From positions 153,294 through 217,293 of the forward strand of contig CP066691.1 in NCBI GenBank assembly GCA_016432485.1: a stretch of 64,000 nt of DNA. Direction: 5' to 3'. Origin of the DNA: Candidatus Niyogibacteria bacterium. Lineage in GTDB: Bacteria > Patescibacteriota > Minisyncoccia > HO2-45-28. The notes below the pieces were generated by a model. The model had not been told where the DNA came from. It searched no databases and saw nothing but the letters and a program-made list of their open reading frames with translations. Both the position numbers and the translations under genes were made by a program. Below, one piece after another: positions 28,617 to 38,305 of this stretch (within the stretch, counting starts at the first letter, position 1; every line of letters begins with the position of its first letter).

Positions 28617-30344
28617 TTATTTTTTTATTTTTTCAATCCCCCTCTTCGCGTAAGATTCCATTTTTTTAATTTTTTCTTTCAAATTGTTAAGAATGTGTTC
28701 GTCATCTACGGGAGTCGGAGTTCGCCGCGCCACATCAAGTGCCTCGATATCTTCCATAATAAGACCGAATATTTTTGTTATCTCGGATTGCATAAAAACA
28801 ACGCGTAAAGCCAACTTATTTTCCCTTTTTTTATAAAACCACGTACCCCCTCCGAACCCAACAATTAATACTAAAAGCAGCAATAAAGCTGTTCCTCCTT
28901 TGCCAAGCGATATGAAGCCGATTGAAATAATCGGTTTGCTTCTTACTTTAATTTCATCAGACGCAACCTCAAGACTCAAAGCGCCGCGATCGTCACGGCT
29001 TTGAGCAATTGCAACATAATCTCCGTTTTTTGGCGGAGCATCAAAAGTGCCTTCCCACCTCCCTCTTTCGTCACTACGAACTACTTTTTGCGCGGTAATT
29101 TCATATTTATCATTTCGCAACAAACGCCTCACGCTCAAAAGCACATCTAAATTAGCCGGAGCAGTGCCGTTAATTGCCAGCGGAATTTCGTCATCGGAAA
29201 AAACTTCCGAGGTTATAAAAGCAATGACCGGAGAATCAATGGGCAGAATTTCAAGCGTCAAACCGTTTTCAACTCCGTTTCCGGCCGCATCCACGGCCCT
29301 AATTACAACTTGTCTTTTGCCCGGCGCCTGCAGAGGTAACTTGAAAACTCCGTTAAATCCATCCGCGGGGATTCTTATCAGGTCTCCAACGCCTATGCGG
29401 ATTTGATATTCGGCAATTCCAGAAAGAGCGTCCGTTGTTTGAAAATTTAAAGTCGGCGATGGATTATCCGTAAACAAACCCTCTAAAGAAACCGCCTCAA
29501 AACCCGCCGGCGGACGGGTATCTACCGCCAGACGATAATGGGAAACAGGTCCCCAGCCGATGTTATTGCGAAAACGAATATGAAAATAACTCACGCCGTC
29601 GCTCAGCGATTCAAATGTTTTTTCTTCAAACAAGCCCTCCGATACCGCCGTAGGCGCATAGTTGGGCTGGGTATTTAAGGCGGTACTCACGCCGGAAACA
29701 TCCGGCGGCAAATCCCAGCGCGCCGTAAAAATATCCGAAATGTTATACCAGCGAGAAAGGTCGGGGTAAAGCGGAACAGATATTTCCGGTTTTGCCGGCA
29801 ATCCGGCGGCAGCAGCTGGAGTCCTCGTAATTTGCCGCGGCTCTGGGACTGCTGGCCGGCTTATTTCCGGCAAAACGCTTATTAAAGCGCCACTGATTTT
29901 TGACAAAATATTCGTACCGCTGCCATCGGACGCGGTTATGGCGGCTTCAGGCAAAAGAAGCTCGGCCTGTCCGCTTCCGCGGGTTTTAAAAACAATTTTT
30001 AAAATTTGAATTGAACTTCCGGAAACTCCGTATGGCGTTCCGCCAATAAATGAAACAATGCCCTCGTTATTTGAAAAATTGGGCTCTTCAAGCCAAAAAC
30101 TGAAAGCCGATCCGTCTTTTTTTAGAGAAACTACTTCTAATGTTTCTTTTGGGAAACGGATAACGGCTTGACCGGCGTTAAATCCGGCGCCCTCGCTATC
30201 TATTTTTATATCCATGATTATTTCATCCCCAACTCCCGCGTCTAAATTTGAAGGCGATGCAAAAATGGTCGCGGCCTCCGCCAAGCCGGCGAAAGAAAAA
30301 ACCAATAATAACCCAAGTAACATTAAAATATGTTTATGTTTCAT
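28617..30344 (-). CDS. Secreted cohesin-domain protein with Ig-like repeats and a C-terminal TM anchor
   Basis: Signal peptide; FSFWLEEP..GIVSFIGG cohesin-like segment; DTRPP; TM ALLLLLVLIVGFGGG. Confidence 0.75.
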   Translation of the reverse strand: MKHKHILMLLGLLLVFSFAGLAEAATIFASPSNLDAGVGDEIIMDIKIDSEGAGFNAGQAVIRFPKETLEVVSLKKDGSAFSFWLEEPNFSNNEGIVSFIGGTPYGVSGSSIQILKIVFKTRGSGQAELLLPEAAITASDGSGTNILSKISGALISVLPEISRPAVPEPRQITRTPAAAAGLPAKPEISVPLYPDLSRWYNISDIFTARWDLPPDVSGVSTALNTQPNYAPTAVSEGLFEEKTFESLSDGVSYFHIRFRNNIGWGPVSHYRLAVDTRPPAGFEAVSLEGLFTDNPSPTLNFQTTDALSGIAEYQIRIGVGDLIRIPADGFNGVFKLPLQAPGKRQVVIRAVDAAGNGVENGLTLEILPIDSPVIAFITSEVFSDDEIPLAINGTAPANLDVLLSVRRLLRNDKYEITAQKVVRSDERGRWEGTFDAPPKNGDYVAIAQSRDDRGALSLEVASDEIKVRSKPIISIGFISLGKGGTALLLLLVLIVGFGGGTWFYKKRENKLALRVVFMQSEITKIFGLIMEDIEALDVARRTPTPVDDEHILNNLKEKIKKMESYAKRGIEKIKK

Positions 30345-32002
30345 TTTCTTTTTATGCTACGAATAAAAATACTAAAATCCGATACGTCAATTTTACCATC
30401 ATTATTAAAATCAATTTTCCCCCTAGCTTCTTCTTTCTTTTTAGAACCCCAGAGCGCGAGAAAAATACTCCAATCCCTTATATCAACAACGTTATCACTG
30501 CTTAAATCGGCGCTAACCTGCTGGAGACGGGAAACTGTAAAAGAATTAAGCGGGGAAAGATCGCTTTCTTGTTTGGTCGCCGGATTAACCTGTTTCGCGT
30601 AAATGCCGTGAGTGCCGAATTCCAATTCCCCCGTGGGGATTATAATTTTATACGAGCCATCGTCTCCCGCGTCAGCTTCAATTTTTACCTTGCCGTCAAC
30701 TTCAGCGCGGACTTTGTGGCCCGGTGAAGCATAGCCCAGAATCACTAAGGATTCGCCGCGCGTGACGGCCGATTTTGCGAAACCCAAAGTCGGGGGCACA
30801 AATATTTCTTTTTTAGTTAAACTATTTGAAATCGTGTCTATATTAAAAAATTTGGTCTGGGTTTTCCGGCCTTCGCTATCTTTAATAACCAGGCCAAAAC
30901 CATGCTGTCCCTGGAGCACTCCGACAAATTCTATATTAAAAACTCCGTCTTCAGTTAAAACCTTGCCTTGGCTTAAAACTTTTTCGTATCTAGTGTCTTT
31001 GTCTACGATAAAGGTGCTTCCTCCAGGGAACGCCTGCCCCGAAAAACGGATTCTTGTGGGGGGAATGGAGAATTTTGGCGTTGGCGGAAAAAATATTCCG
31101 GGACAATTTTGATAAGTATCCAAAGGCGAACCGGCATCGGTTATTCTAAAAATATAAACATCCTCAAAAACGAAACCCTCTTTGTCTTCCAAAACCCATT
31201 CGTATTCTGTTTTTTCGTTTTTAAGCATTGATCTCGAAGGTGCGGGATTGACAGAACTCAGTATAAGTCCCGACACAAAACCTGCCCCTGAAGTAATTTG
31301 CTGAGTTGTCACAGATGAATCGGTGAAATAAGGGGAGGAGCTTAAAACGAATTTGCCGCTTGATCCCGAAATCCTTTGCCATCCGCCTGAACTTGAACAA
31401 CTTTCATTTTCAGATACTTTTTTAAATTCTAATTGTGGAGAAATTGTCCCGGCCGCGTTCTTAACACGAATACCAAACCTCAATCTGAACTTACTTGGAT
31501 ATTCCAAATGGCTTCTAGGGTTTTGTTGGGAATTTTGAAGCGTGTTTTCAACGTCCCACCCGGTTGCGCTAGTCTCTGAACCGTCGTCGTCGCGGAACCA
31601 AAAATCGCTCTGGACAAAAGAAGCGTTTTCGGCAGGGCCAAAAACTATTTGCCGCGTAGAACTCACGTCTAACCCAGTCCCTTCTGTATCGGAGAGAGAC
31701 AAATTTACGGTTTCCGCGACAGAATCATTTATCGAAATAATTCCAACTCCGTTCACAATATCAATCAGCCCTCCGCCTGTGGCCGAACCGTTCGCAACCA
31801 ATGTCACATCGTTTTGATAAACCGCATAAACTTGGTTGTTACTCTTTTGAGCTTGAACTGTGACCAAAACTGGAATTCCTACAGTGCTATTATCCGGATT
31901 CAAAATCACAAATTTAACCGCGCCAGTCGGCTGAGCCGCCTTCGCTAAAATAAAAGGTAAAATCAGCAAGCCCGCGATTAAAAATTTTTTAATTTTAAGC
32001 AT
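30341..32002 (-). CDS. Secreted protein with Ig-like domains and a C-terminal dockerin/EF-hand-like pair
   Basis: Signal peptide; ADLSSDNVVDIRDWSIF and IDFNNDGKIDVSDFSIF. Confidence 0.75.
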   Translation of the reverse strand: MLKIKKFLIAGLLILPFILAKAAQPTGAVKFVILNPDNSTVGIPVLVTVQAQKSNNQVYAVYQNDVTLVANGSATGGGLIDIVNGVGIISINDSVAETVNLSLSDTEGTGLDVSSTRQIVFGPAENASFVQSDFWFRDDDGSETSATGWDVENTLQNSQQNPRSHLEYPSKFRLRFGIRVKNAAGTISPQLEFKKVSENESCSSSGGWQRISGSSGKFVLSSSPYFTDSSVTTQQITSGAGFVSGLILSSVNPAPSRSMLKNEKTEYEWVLEDKEGFVFEDVYIFRITDAGSPLDTYQNCPGIFFPPTPKFSIPPTRIRFSGQAFPGGSTFIVDKDTRYEKVLSQGKVLTEDGVFNIEFVGVLQGQHGFGLVIKDSEGRKTQTKFFNIDTISNSLTKKEIFVPPTLGFAKSAVTRGESLVILGYASPGHKVRAEVDGKVKIEADAGDDGSYKIIIPTGELEFGTHGIYAKQVNPATKQESDLSPLNSFTVSRLQQVSADLSSDNVVDIRDWSIFLALWGSKKKEEARGKIDFNNDGKIDVSDFSIFIRSIKRK

Positions 32003-32006
32003 GCGA

Positions 32007-32396
32007 TTACTGCGCCGAAGAAGAACGTTGACCGCCAAGGTATGCCTTGACCATATCTATGACTTCCTCAATAGGATGCTGGGATTTGACGAAATAATTT
32101 TCGGCTCCGAGCGAAAGAGCTTTTTTAATATCGGCGTCTCCCCCCAGATTTGAAAGCACGATTACCGGAATCGTTTTTAGCGCGGGATCTTTTTTAATCT
32201 CCTCAAGTACTGAAAATCCGTCGCGTTTCGGCAAAAGCAAATCTAACAAGACAATGTCCGGGCGATTCGTTCTTATTCGTTCAATCGCGCTGTCGCCGTC
32301 CATAGCGACATCCGCGCTGAAATTTTCAGTTTCAAGGTTATCCTTAAGAACTCGGACCAAAAACTCTTCATCTTCAACAATCAAAACTTTGTTCAT
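32007..32396 (-). CDS. Single-domain response regulator (receiver only)
   Basis: VLIVEDE, PDIVLLDLLLP, VIVLSN, YFVK. Confidence 0.92.
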   Translation of the reverse strand: MNKVLIVEDEEFLVRVLKDNLETENFSADVAMDGDSAIERIRTNRPDIVLLDLLLPKRDGFSVLEEIKKDPALKTIPVIVLSNLGGDADIKKALSLGAENYFVKSQHPIEEVIDMVKAYLGGQRSSSAQ

Positions 32397-32413
32397 AATT
32401 ATTTTTTAAATTA

Positions 32414-34105
32414 TTAATTTCCCAATTTAGGAAGGCGTAAATAAAAAGTCGACCCTTTTCCTTTTTCGGATTTGAAATATATCGACCCTCCTATTTTTTC
32501 GGCAGAAATTTTGGCAATATAAAGGCCGAGCCCGGTGCCGTCCGGCTTCATCACTTTGGCGTTTGAGGCGCGATAAAATCTTTCAAAAATCCTGCCTTCT
32601 TCGTTTTTAGGAATACCTATTCCGCTGTCCGTTACCGAAAAAATAATCGCGTCCGGCCCATCTTTTATATCCAAAACCGCTTTTTTCCCGGCATCTGAAT
32701 AATTAATCGCGTTTGAAATAAAACATTCAAGTACGGTGCTTAAAAAATCACGTGATGTTTTTATTTTTAAGCCATAAACGGAAGAGGTGTGTTTAAATTC
32801 AACCCCCTTGCTTTTTGCCGCGGGTTCAAATGAATCAGATAATTCTTTTAATAATGAATCAACATCAATTATTTCCTTTTTGATATTCTTCATGCCCTCA
32901 AGACCCAAAACATTAAGCATGTCGTAAACCAATACGATCATTTTTTCGTTTGCGCGATAAATCTCGTCAATGTACTCCTTTTGTTTCGGATTCAATTCCC
33001 CCAAAACCCCTTTTTGCAGGGTCTCTATAAGCCACTTGATTCCGGAAAGCGGAGTTCTTAATTGGTGCGACGCCAGCGTAATAAAATCCGTTCTGGTTTT
33101 TTCCAATTCTTTTTCTTTGGTGATATTTCTTTCAATGCCCACAAAAAAGATTACATTGCCTCTATCGTCCAAAACCGGAGCAATCGTGACCTCGGCAAAA
33201 TAATTTTCTCCGCTTTTTCTTTGATTTTTAAGTTCGCCTTTAAATACTTTTTTATCGTATTTTATGGTTTTCCACATCTTTTCATAAAACTCCTGCGGCA
33301 TTTTTTTGCCCCATAAAGACGGGCGGGCGCCAATCATTTCTTCCAGGGAATATCCGGTTGTCTTTTCCGCTGCCTTATTGGCGTACATAATAACGCCGTC
33401 ACTATCGGTAATGATGATATGGTCAGACGCGTTTTCAACAGCCAATTTGTATTTTTCCATTTCGCGCATCGGTTCTTGCGCCGTTTTTCTGAATAAAAAT
33501 ATGAGCGTAAGCCAATAAATAAAAATTGCTAAAAAAATAAACAATCCAACAAAAAAACGAGCACGCGCCATTAACGCGTTGATTTCGTCCAAATTAAAAT
33601 AGGTCTCAATTACGCCCGCTGGCGTCCGGCTTTCCATAAAAAATACCGGCACATAAATTTCCATCAGTTGGGAATAAGACCGCTCGGATTTATTTTCCGA
33701 TTTAATTGGCTCCTGAATTTCACTGACCGTCTCTCCCAAAATCGCCTTATTAAATTCTTCGTTATCCGTAAATTTCTGCCCGACAATAGTCGCGTCATCT
33801 GAAAAAATAATCCTCGCGCCCCTGTCCCAAACCTTAATTCTGATTATGTTGGGTGCCTGAATATCTTGGAAAAAAAACCAAAACTTTTGTCTGACCAGTG
33901 GGGGGTCTTCTATTAAAAAGTCGTCCTCCGTTAACTCCTTGCTGGCGTGAACCCGGATCAACTGCGCGACGTAAGAACTACTTATTTCAAGCAAGTAATT
34001 TTTTAAAATGTAACTTACGCCGAAATTCAGAGCCAAAACAAGAAAAAACAGGAAAATAAACGTAAACAAAGAAAACCTGTTCGCAAGACGTCTTTTTTTA
34101 AACAT
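32414..34105 (-). CDS. Membrane PAS-domain sensor histidine kinase
   Basis: Two TMs, PAS (YANKAAEKTTGYS), ASHQLRTPL H-box, NAINY, DSGIGI, GTGLGL. Confidence 0.93.
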   Translation of the reverse strand: MFKKRRLANRFSLFTFIFLFFLVLALNFGVSYILKNYLLEISSSYVAQLIRVHASKELTEDDFLIEDPPLVRQKFWFFFQDIQAPNIIRIKVWDRGARIIFSDDATIVGQKFTDNEEFNKAILGETVSEIQEPIKSENKSERSYSQLMEIYVPVFFMESRTPAGVIETYFNLDEINALMARARFFVGLFIFLAIFIYWLTLIFLFRKTAQEPMREMEKYKLAVENASDHIIITDSDGVIMYANKAAEKTTGYSLEEMIGARPSLWGKKMPQEFYEKMWKTIKYDKKVFKGELKNQRKSGENYFAEVTIAPVLDDRGNVIFFVGIERNITKEKELEKTRTDFITLASHQLRTPLSGIKWLIETLQKGVLGELNPKQKEYIDEIYRANEKMIVLVYDMLNVLGLEGMKNIKKEIIDVDSLLKELSDSFEPAAKSKGVEFKHTSSVYGLKIKTSRDFLSTVLECFISNAINYSDAGKKAVLDIKDGPDAIIFSVTDSGIGIPKNEEGRIFERFYRASNAKVMKPDGTGLGLYIAKISAEKIGGSIYFKSEKGKGSTFYLRLPKLGN

Positions 34106-34109
34106 ATGT

Positions 34110-34316
34110 TTAATCGCTGTTTTTGTGGGCTTCTATCGTAACGCCCCTTTGCGGATCAATCCTTACGGCCACCAATTTTAAGCAGTGCGGACACTTCATA
34201 ATAAACGAAATTCCCGCTCGGCCATTGTTTTTATTCTTAAAATCTTTAAAAACGATCCCTCTGCAATAAGGGCAGTGACCCAAGTTTTCCCCATCTTTGC
34301 TGACAAATTTGGTCAT
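34110..34316 (-). CDS. Small zinc-ribbon protein resembling the Mu Com family
   Basis: CPYC..IVFK..IMKCPHC spacing. Confidence 0.6.
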   Translation of the reverse strand: MTKFVSKDGENLGHCPYCRGIVFKDFKNKNNGRAGISFIMKCPHCLKLVAVRIDPQRGVTIEAHKNSD

Positions 34317-34508
34317 TAAAAGTAAAAAAACCCACGCAATTCAAAATATGAATTTTGTAGGCCGTAGAGCTACAAAGAATTAACTTTAATTTATATAGTT
34401 TTAAACACTTTTATTATACAATAAAATTGACTTTCCCATAACCCCCCCCCCCCTCAACTTTGAGCTGTGGATAAGTAGAACACTTTTGAAACCCGACTTC
34501 GCCAACTT

Positions 34509-35489
34509 TTACAGCAACTGAATTTCCGTTTCCAGAAAAACGCCGTAATGATTTTGGACTTTCTCTTTGGCTATGGTTATTAAAGTAAGCACATCTTCGG
34601 CGGTTGCGCCGCCGGTATTTATAAAATAATTCGCGTGTCTTCCGGAAATTTTTGCGCCGCCAATTTGCATACCTTTAAGGCCGAGTTGGTCAATCAGAAA
34701 TGCCGCCGGAATATTTGGCTTGTCTGAAAACTGTCTTAGTTCCGAAAATCTCATACACAAGTCTGACTTGTGTATGTCTCTGCGCGACCACTCAACATTT
34801 TTAAAAATGCATCCGGCGCATTTCTGGCCAATGTCTTGAGACAATGCGCGTTTTTTCGCGTATTCGGCAATGATGCTCTGGGACTTTTTGGAATCACCCG
34901 CCCGCAATTTCAAAGTTGTCGAAAGAATAATTAAATCGGGATTATGTTTGAAAATTGAATCACGATAGCCAAACCCGCAACTTGAAACATGAAACTTGAA
35001 ACATTTATTTTGATTGCTATCAAAAATATCCACTGATTCAACTACATCGCGCATCTCGAAGCCGAAACATCCGGCATTGCCCCTGACCGAACCCCCTATT
35101 GTTCCCGGAATTCCAATCGCCCATTCAAAACCCGAGAGCCCCGCCTTGACCGATTCGGCCACAACCCGCGCCATCTGCGCCCCCGCCTCCGCATAAAGCT
35201 TCGGCGCGGCAAGGCCCGCCTCCGCATAAAGCTTCGTTTGTGGACTTCCGAAGTCCATACTTATGCTGTTGGCGCGGTTTTTTATGACAAGACCATCAAA
35301 TCCTTTATCTGAAACCAAAACATTTGACCCCGCGCCCAAAATAAACAAAGGTTTCGCCTTTGCGCGCGCCCACAAAACCGCCTCGGCCAGTTCTTCGGCT
35401 GAAGCGATTTCGCAAAAGTATCGAGCGGGTCCCCCGATTCCAAAAACCGTGTGTTTTGCTAATTCAACATTTTCGCGTATATCAAGCAT
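34509..35489 (-). CDS. murB: UDP-N-acetylmuramate dehydrogenase
   Basis: GIGGPA, LGAGSNVL, GIPGTIGG..GNAG, FGYRDS, AGCIFKN, HANYFIN. Confidence 0.95.
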   Translation of the reverse strand: MLDIRENVELAKHTVFGIGGPARYFCEIASAEELAEAVLWARAKAKPLFILGAGSNVLVSDKGFDGLVIKNRANSISMDFGSPQTKLYAEAGLAAPKLYAEAGAQMARVVAESVKAGLSGFEWAIGIPGTIGGSVRGNAGCFGFEMRDVVESVDIFDSNQNKCFKFHVSSCGFGYRDSIFKHNPDLIILSTTLKLRAGDSKKSQSIIAEYAKKRALSQDIGQKCAGCIFKNVEWSRRDIHKSDLCMRFSELRQFSDKPNIPAAFLIDQLGLKGMQIGGAKISGRHANYFINTGGATAEDVLTLITIAKEKVQNHYGVFLETEIQLL

Positions 35490-35524
35490 TATTTACCGTT
35501 TTTTAGCCGCTTGATCCATTTTAT

Positions 35525-37036
35525 TTATTCCATAACCACAACCGCGCCTGTCATTGAAGGATTCAGATGATTGTGATATTTCCAAGCTCCAACATGGTCA
35601 AAACGAAATTCGTATTTTTCTCCATTGGCTAGGCGCCGGCAAACGTCAAAAGCGCTGCCCAAACATCCGCCTTTTTGAGGATAGACGGCGTGCGTCGGAT
35701 GAACGGCTGACGCCGGCCAAGCGTCTAATCCGCTTTCATTTACCCAAACAACGCTTCCGCCTTTTTTAATCTTTACTTCCAACGGCTCAAAACCATTTCC
35801 GGTTATTTTTACAACTACCGAAGCCGGACTTTCAGCAACCGGTTTAGAAGCGGTTTCCGATTTTTTGTCGGCTCTCAACTCCGGTTTTTTTACCGACTCG
35901 TTAGAACGCTTGACCACTTCTTCTAAAGATTTTTTTGCGGAGTTTGAATTGCGTAAAGAACTGTTTGCTTGTCCCAGCGCTTCTCCGAAATTCTTGGCAT
36001 CAAACGCTTCCCGAGATTTCTTTAAGTGGTCTTCGGCGTTAGCTAAAAGTTCTTTAACATTTTGAGGTATTGCTTTTCCGTCGTTTTCATAGCGCGCAAT
36101 TTTATCTTTAAGCTCGATTATTGATTTTTCGGCCTCAACTATCGCGCGTTTGGCTTTTTCGGCGACATCAAATCTGTCGCGCTCAATATCGCGTAAAAGT
36201 TCATCCCCCTCCCCGTTTTTTAATTCGTGGCGAGCCCTAAGTTTGATAATGGTTGAAGCGGCGTCTTTCACGCCCTCTTTAAGCTCTTTTCTGACTTCTT
36301 TCAATTCATCCCGCGATTCAACATTAACCAAGCGGTCTTCCAGGATTTTTAGTTTCGTTTCAAAACGCTCTTTCAATTCCGGCGGAATTTCTCCGGATTT
36401 TTCGGCAATTTCTTCCAAATGCTCTGATCGACGCTCAAGCTGCTTTTTGAGACGCTCAATATTATTTTCTAAAAGCTCCTTGGCCTTTTCCTGCTTTATT
36501 AAATTCTTCTCAACTTGGCGCTTCAAGACCTCTTCGGACTTATCAAGCCCTTTTCTTGAACTTTCAAGAGCACGATTCAAGGCCTCGCGCGCATGCTCCG
36601 GCGCTTTATCCAAAACGCCCTCAAGCACTGACTGCTGTTTTAAAGAAAGGTCATTAAATTTCGCGATTAAAGAATCCAAATTGCGGCCTTCTGTATCCAA
36701 ACGTTCCAAATCGCCTTCGGCGGCTTCAGCCCTCACTCTGGCAAAGCCCTCCGCGCGCTCAACAACCGCGCTTTCGGCTCCCGACTCAACAACCGCCTTC
36801 AATTCCGCAAGGCGCTTTTCGGCAATTTCAACCTTCACTTCCGCTTTCCTGACGGCATTAAAAGTTAAAAGGTTTAGGCGCGTCCAATCGCCGAATCGTT
36901 CAAAAATGTGGAGTGGACTGGCGGGCGTAAGGCCGGCGTCGGGCAGAACTTCGTCTGTTTCTTGCGCAAAAACAGTCGTTGAGAAGGTTAAGACAAAACT
37001 TATAATCAAGACCTGTAAAATTATTTTCTTTGCCAT
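35525..37036 (-). CDS. Secreted DUF5667-like / coiled-coil protein with a C-terminal cupredoxin-like domain
   Basis: Signal peptide, AGLTPASPLH..AEKRLAE, long coiled coil, GFEP..VVWVN..HPTH..WKYHNHLNP..GAVVV. Confidence 0.75.
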   Translation of the reverse strand: MAKKIILQVLIISFVLTFSTTVFAQETDEVLPDAGLTPASPLHIFERFGDWTRLNLLTFNAVRKAEVKVEIAEKRLAELKAVVESGAESAVVERAEGFARVRAEAAEGDLERLDTEGRNLDSLIAKFNDLSLKQQSVLEGVLDKAPEHAREALNRALESSRKGLDKSEEVLKRQVEKNLIKQEKAKELLENNIERLKKQLERRSEHLEEIAEKSGEIPPELKERFETKLKILEDRLVNVESRDELKEVRKELKEGVKDAASTIIKLRARHELKNGEGDELLRDIERDRFDVAEKAKRAIVEAEKSIIELKDKIARYENDGKAIPQNVKELLANAEDHLKKSREAFDAKNFGEALGQANSSLRNSNSAKKSLEEVVKRSNESVKKPELRADKKSETASKPVAESPASVVVKITGNGFEPLEVKIKKGGSVVWVNESGLDAWPASAVHPTHAVYPQKGGCLGSAFDVCRRLANGEKYEFRFDHVGAWKYHNHLNPSMTGAVVVME

Positions 37037-37330
37037 TCTTTTTAAATAATTATTTTATAATTTATGAGGCCGGTACTTTAGAGGCCGGATAGGGGTTTAC
37101 TCCACACTATGTCTTTATGTGAGTGCCGGCCTATCCGGCCACCAAAATACCGACTGTTCATAGTATAAAAAATACCCCGTAAAACACAACCCCGCACCAA
37201 ACGGTGCGGAGTTATGCAGACATAGCATGTACTTCCGCCAAAGGCGGAAAACACTCACGCTATAAGTATAGCAAATCGCGCTCTAAAATGCAAGGACGTT
37301 ACGGCCGGCTGTGGAAAACCTCAAAAAGCC

Positions 37331-38305
37331 TTAAATTTTATTATTAAGACCGGATTTCAAAAGATCAATACCTTCTTTAAAAGAAACTTCGGGCCGCCAG
37401 CCGAGAAGCTCGTAAGCGAGCGAAATGTCGGCAAGAGTCTGGCGCACCTCGCCGCGTCTGGGTGGAGCCATAACGCATTTGCCGGATTTCAATAATTCTT
37501 CGTTATCCGTATTTTCATTCCGGCCCAAAACCAAACTTGCAACCCCCCAAATGGAATGATTTTCGCCCGAGCCGATATTTATTATCTCGCCTCCGCCCGC
37601 TTTTGAGGATTCCGCCGCCAGTAAATTCGCTTTAACCACATCGCCAACCCAAGTGAAATCGCGCCTTTGATCACCGTCAGGCACAATAGTTAAGGGCTCG
37701 CCTCTTTGCGCCTGGTCTAAGAATATGCCTATGACCGTAGCGTACGGGCCGTCGGCAGTCGTTGTCTGACGAGGGCCGTAAACATTAAAATAGCGCAGAC
37801 AAACGGTCTCAGGCCCTCCGGTGGCCTTGCCCATATCACGCATCAGCATCTCGCCCATTCTTTTGGTTGAACCGTATGGATGAAGCGACTGCGAAGTTAT
37901 TTTCATTCCCTCATATAGCGCCGGCGCGTCTTGATCGCCATAAGCCGAGGAAGAGGCGGAATATACGACACGGCGCGTCTTATATTTTTTTGCGAATCTC
38001 AAAATGTTTCTTGTGCCGATTGCGTTCACCTGAAAATATCTGTCCGGATTTTCAAATGACGGCTGAATACGAGCAAGCGCGGCGCAGTGAAAAATAATTT
38101 CGGGCCTTATTTCTTGAAAAACTTTTTCCAGTTTTTCGGCATCAAAAATATCAATTTCAAAATTCGGCGCCTTAGGATTGGCGTTCTCTTTTTTTCCGGA
38201 AGACAAATCATCAACCAAAAAAACCTCATCTTTACGCGCGACGCAAGCATCAACGATATGCGAACCTATAAAACCCATGCCCCCCGTGACCAAAATTTTA
38301 GCCAT
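37331..38305 (-). CDS. NAD-dependent epimerase/dehydratase
   Basis: VTGGMGFIGSH, YGSTK, LRYFNVYGP. Confidence 0.92.
   Translation of the reverse strand: MAKILVTGGMGFIGSHIVDACVARKDEVFLVDDLSSGKKENANPKAPNFEIDIFDAEKLEKVFQEIRPEIIFHCAALARIQPSFENPDRYFQVNAIGTRNILRFAKKYKTRRVVYSASSSAYGDQDAPALYEGMKITSQSLHPYGSTKRMGEMLMRDMGKATGGPETVCLRYFNVYGPRQTTTADGPYATVIGIFLDQAQRGEPLTIVPDGDQRRDFTWVGDVVKANLLAAESSKAGGGEIINIGSGENHSIWGVASLVLGRNENTDNEELLKSGKCVMAPPRRGEVRQTLADISLAYELLGWRPEVSFKEGIDLLKSGLNNKI

Noticed and set aside
36150-37049. 299-aa plus-strand ORF, and similar ones at 42278..42829 and 42851..43717
   Set aside because: Antisense frames kept open by coiled-coil or repeat codon bias.
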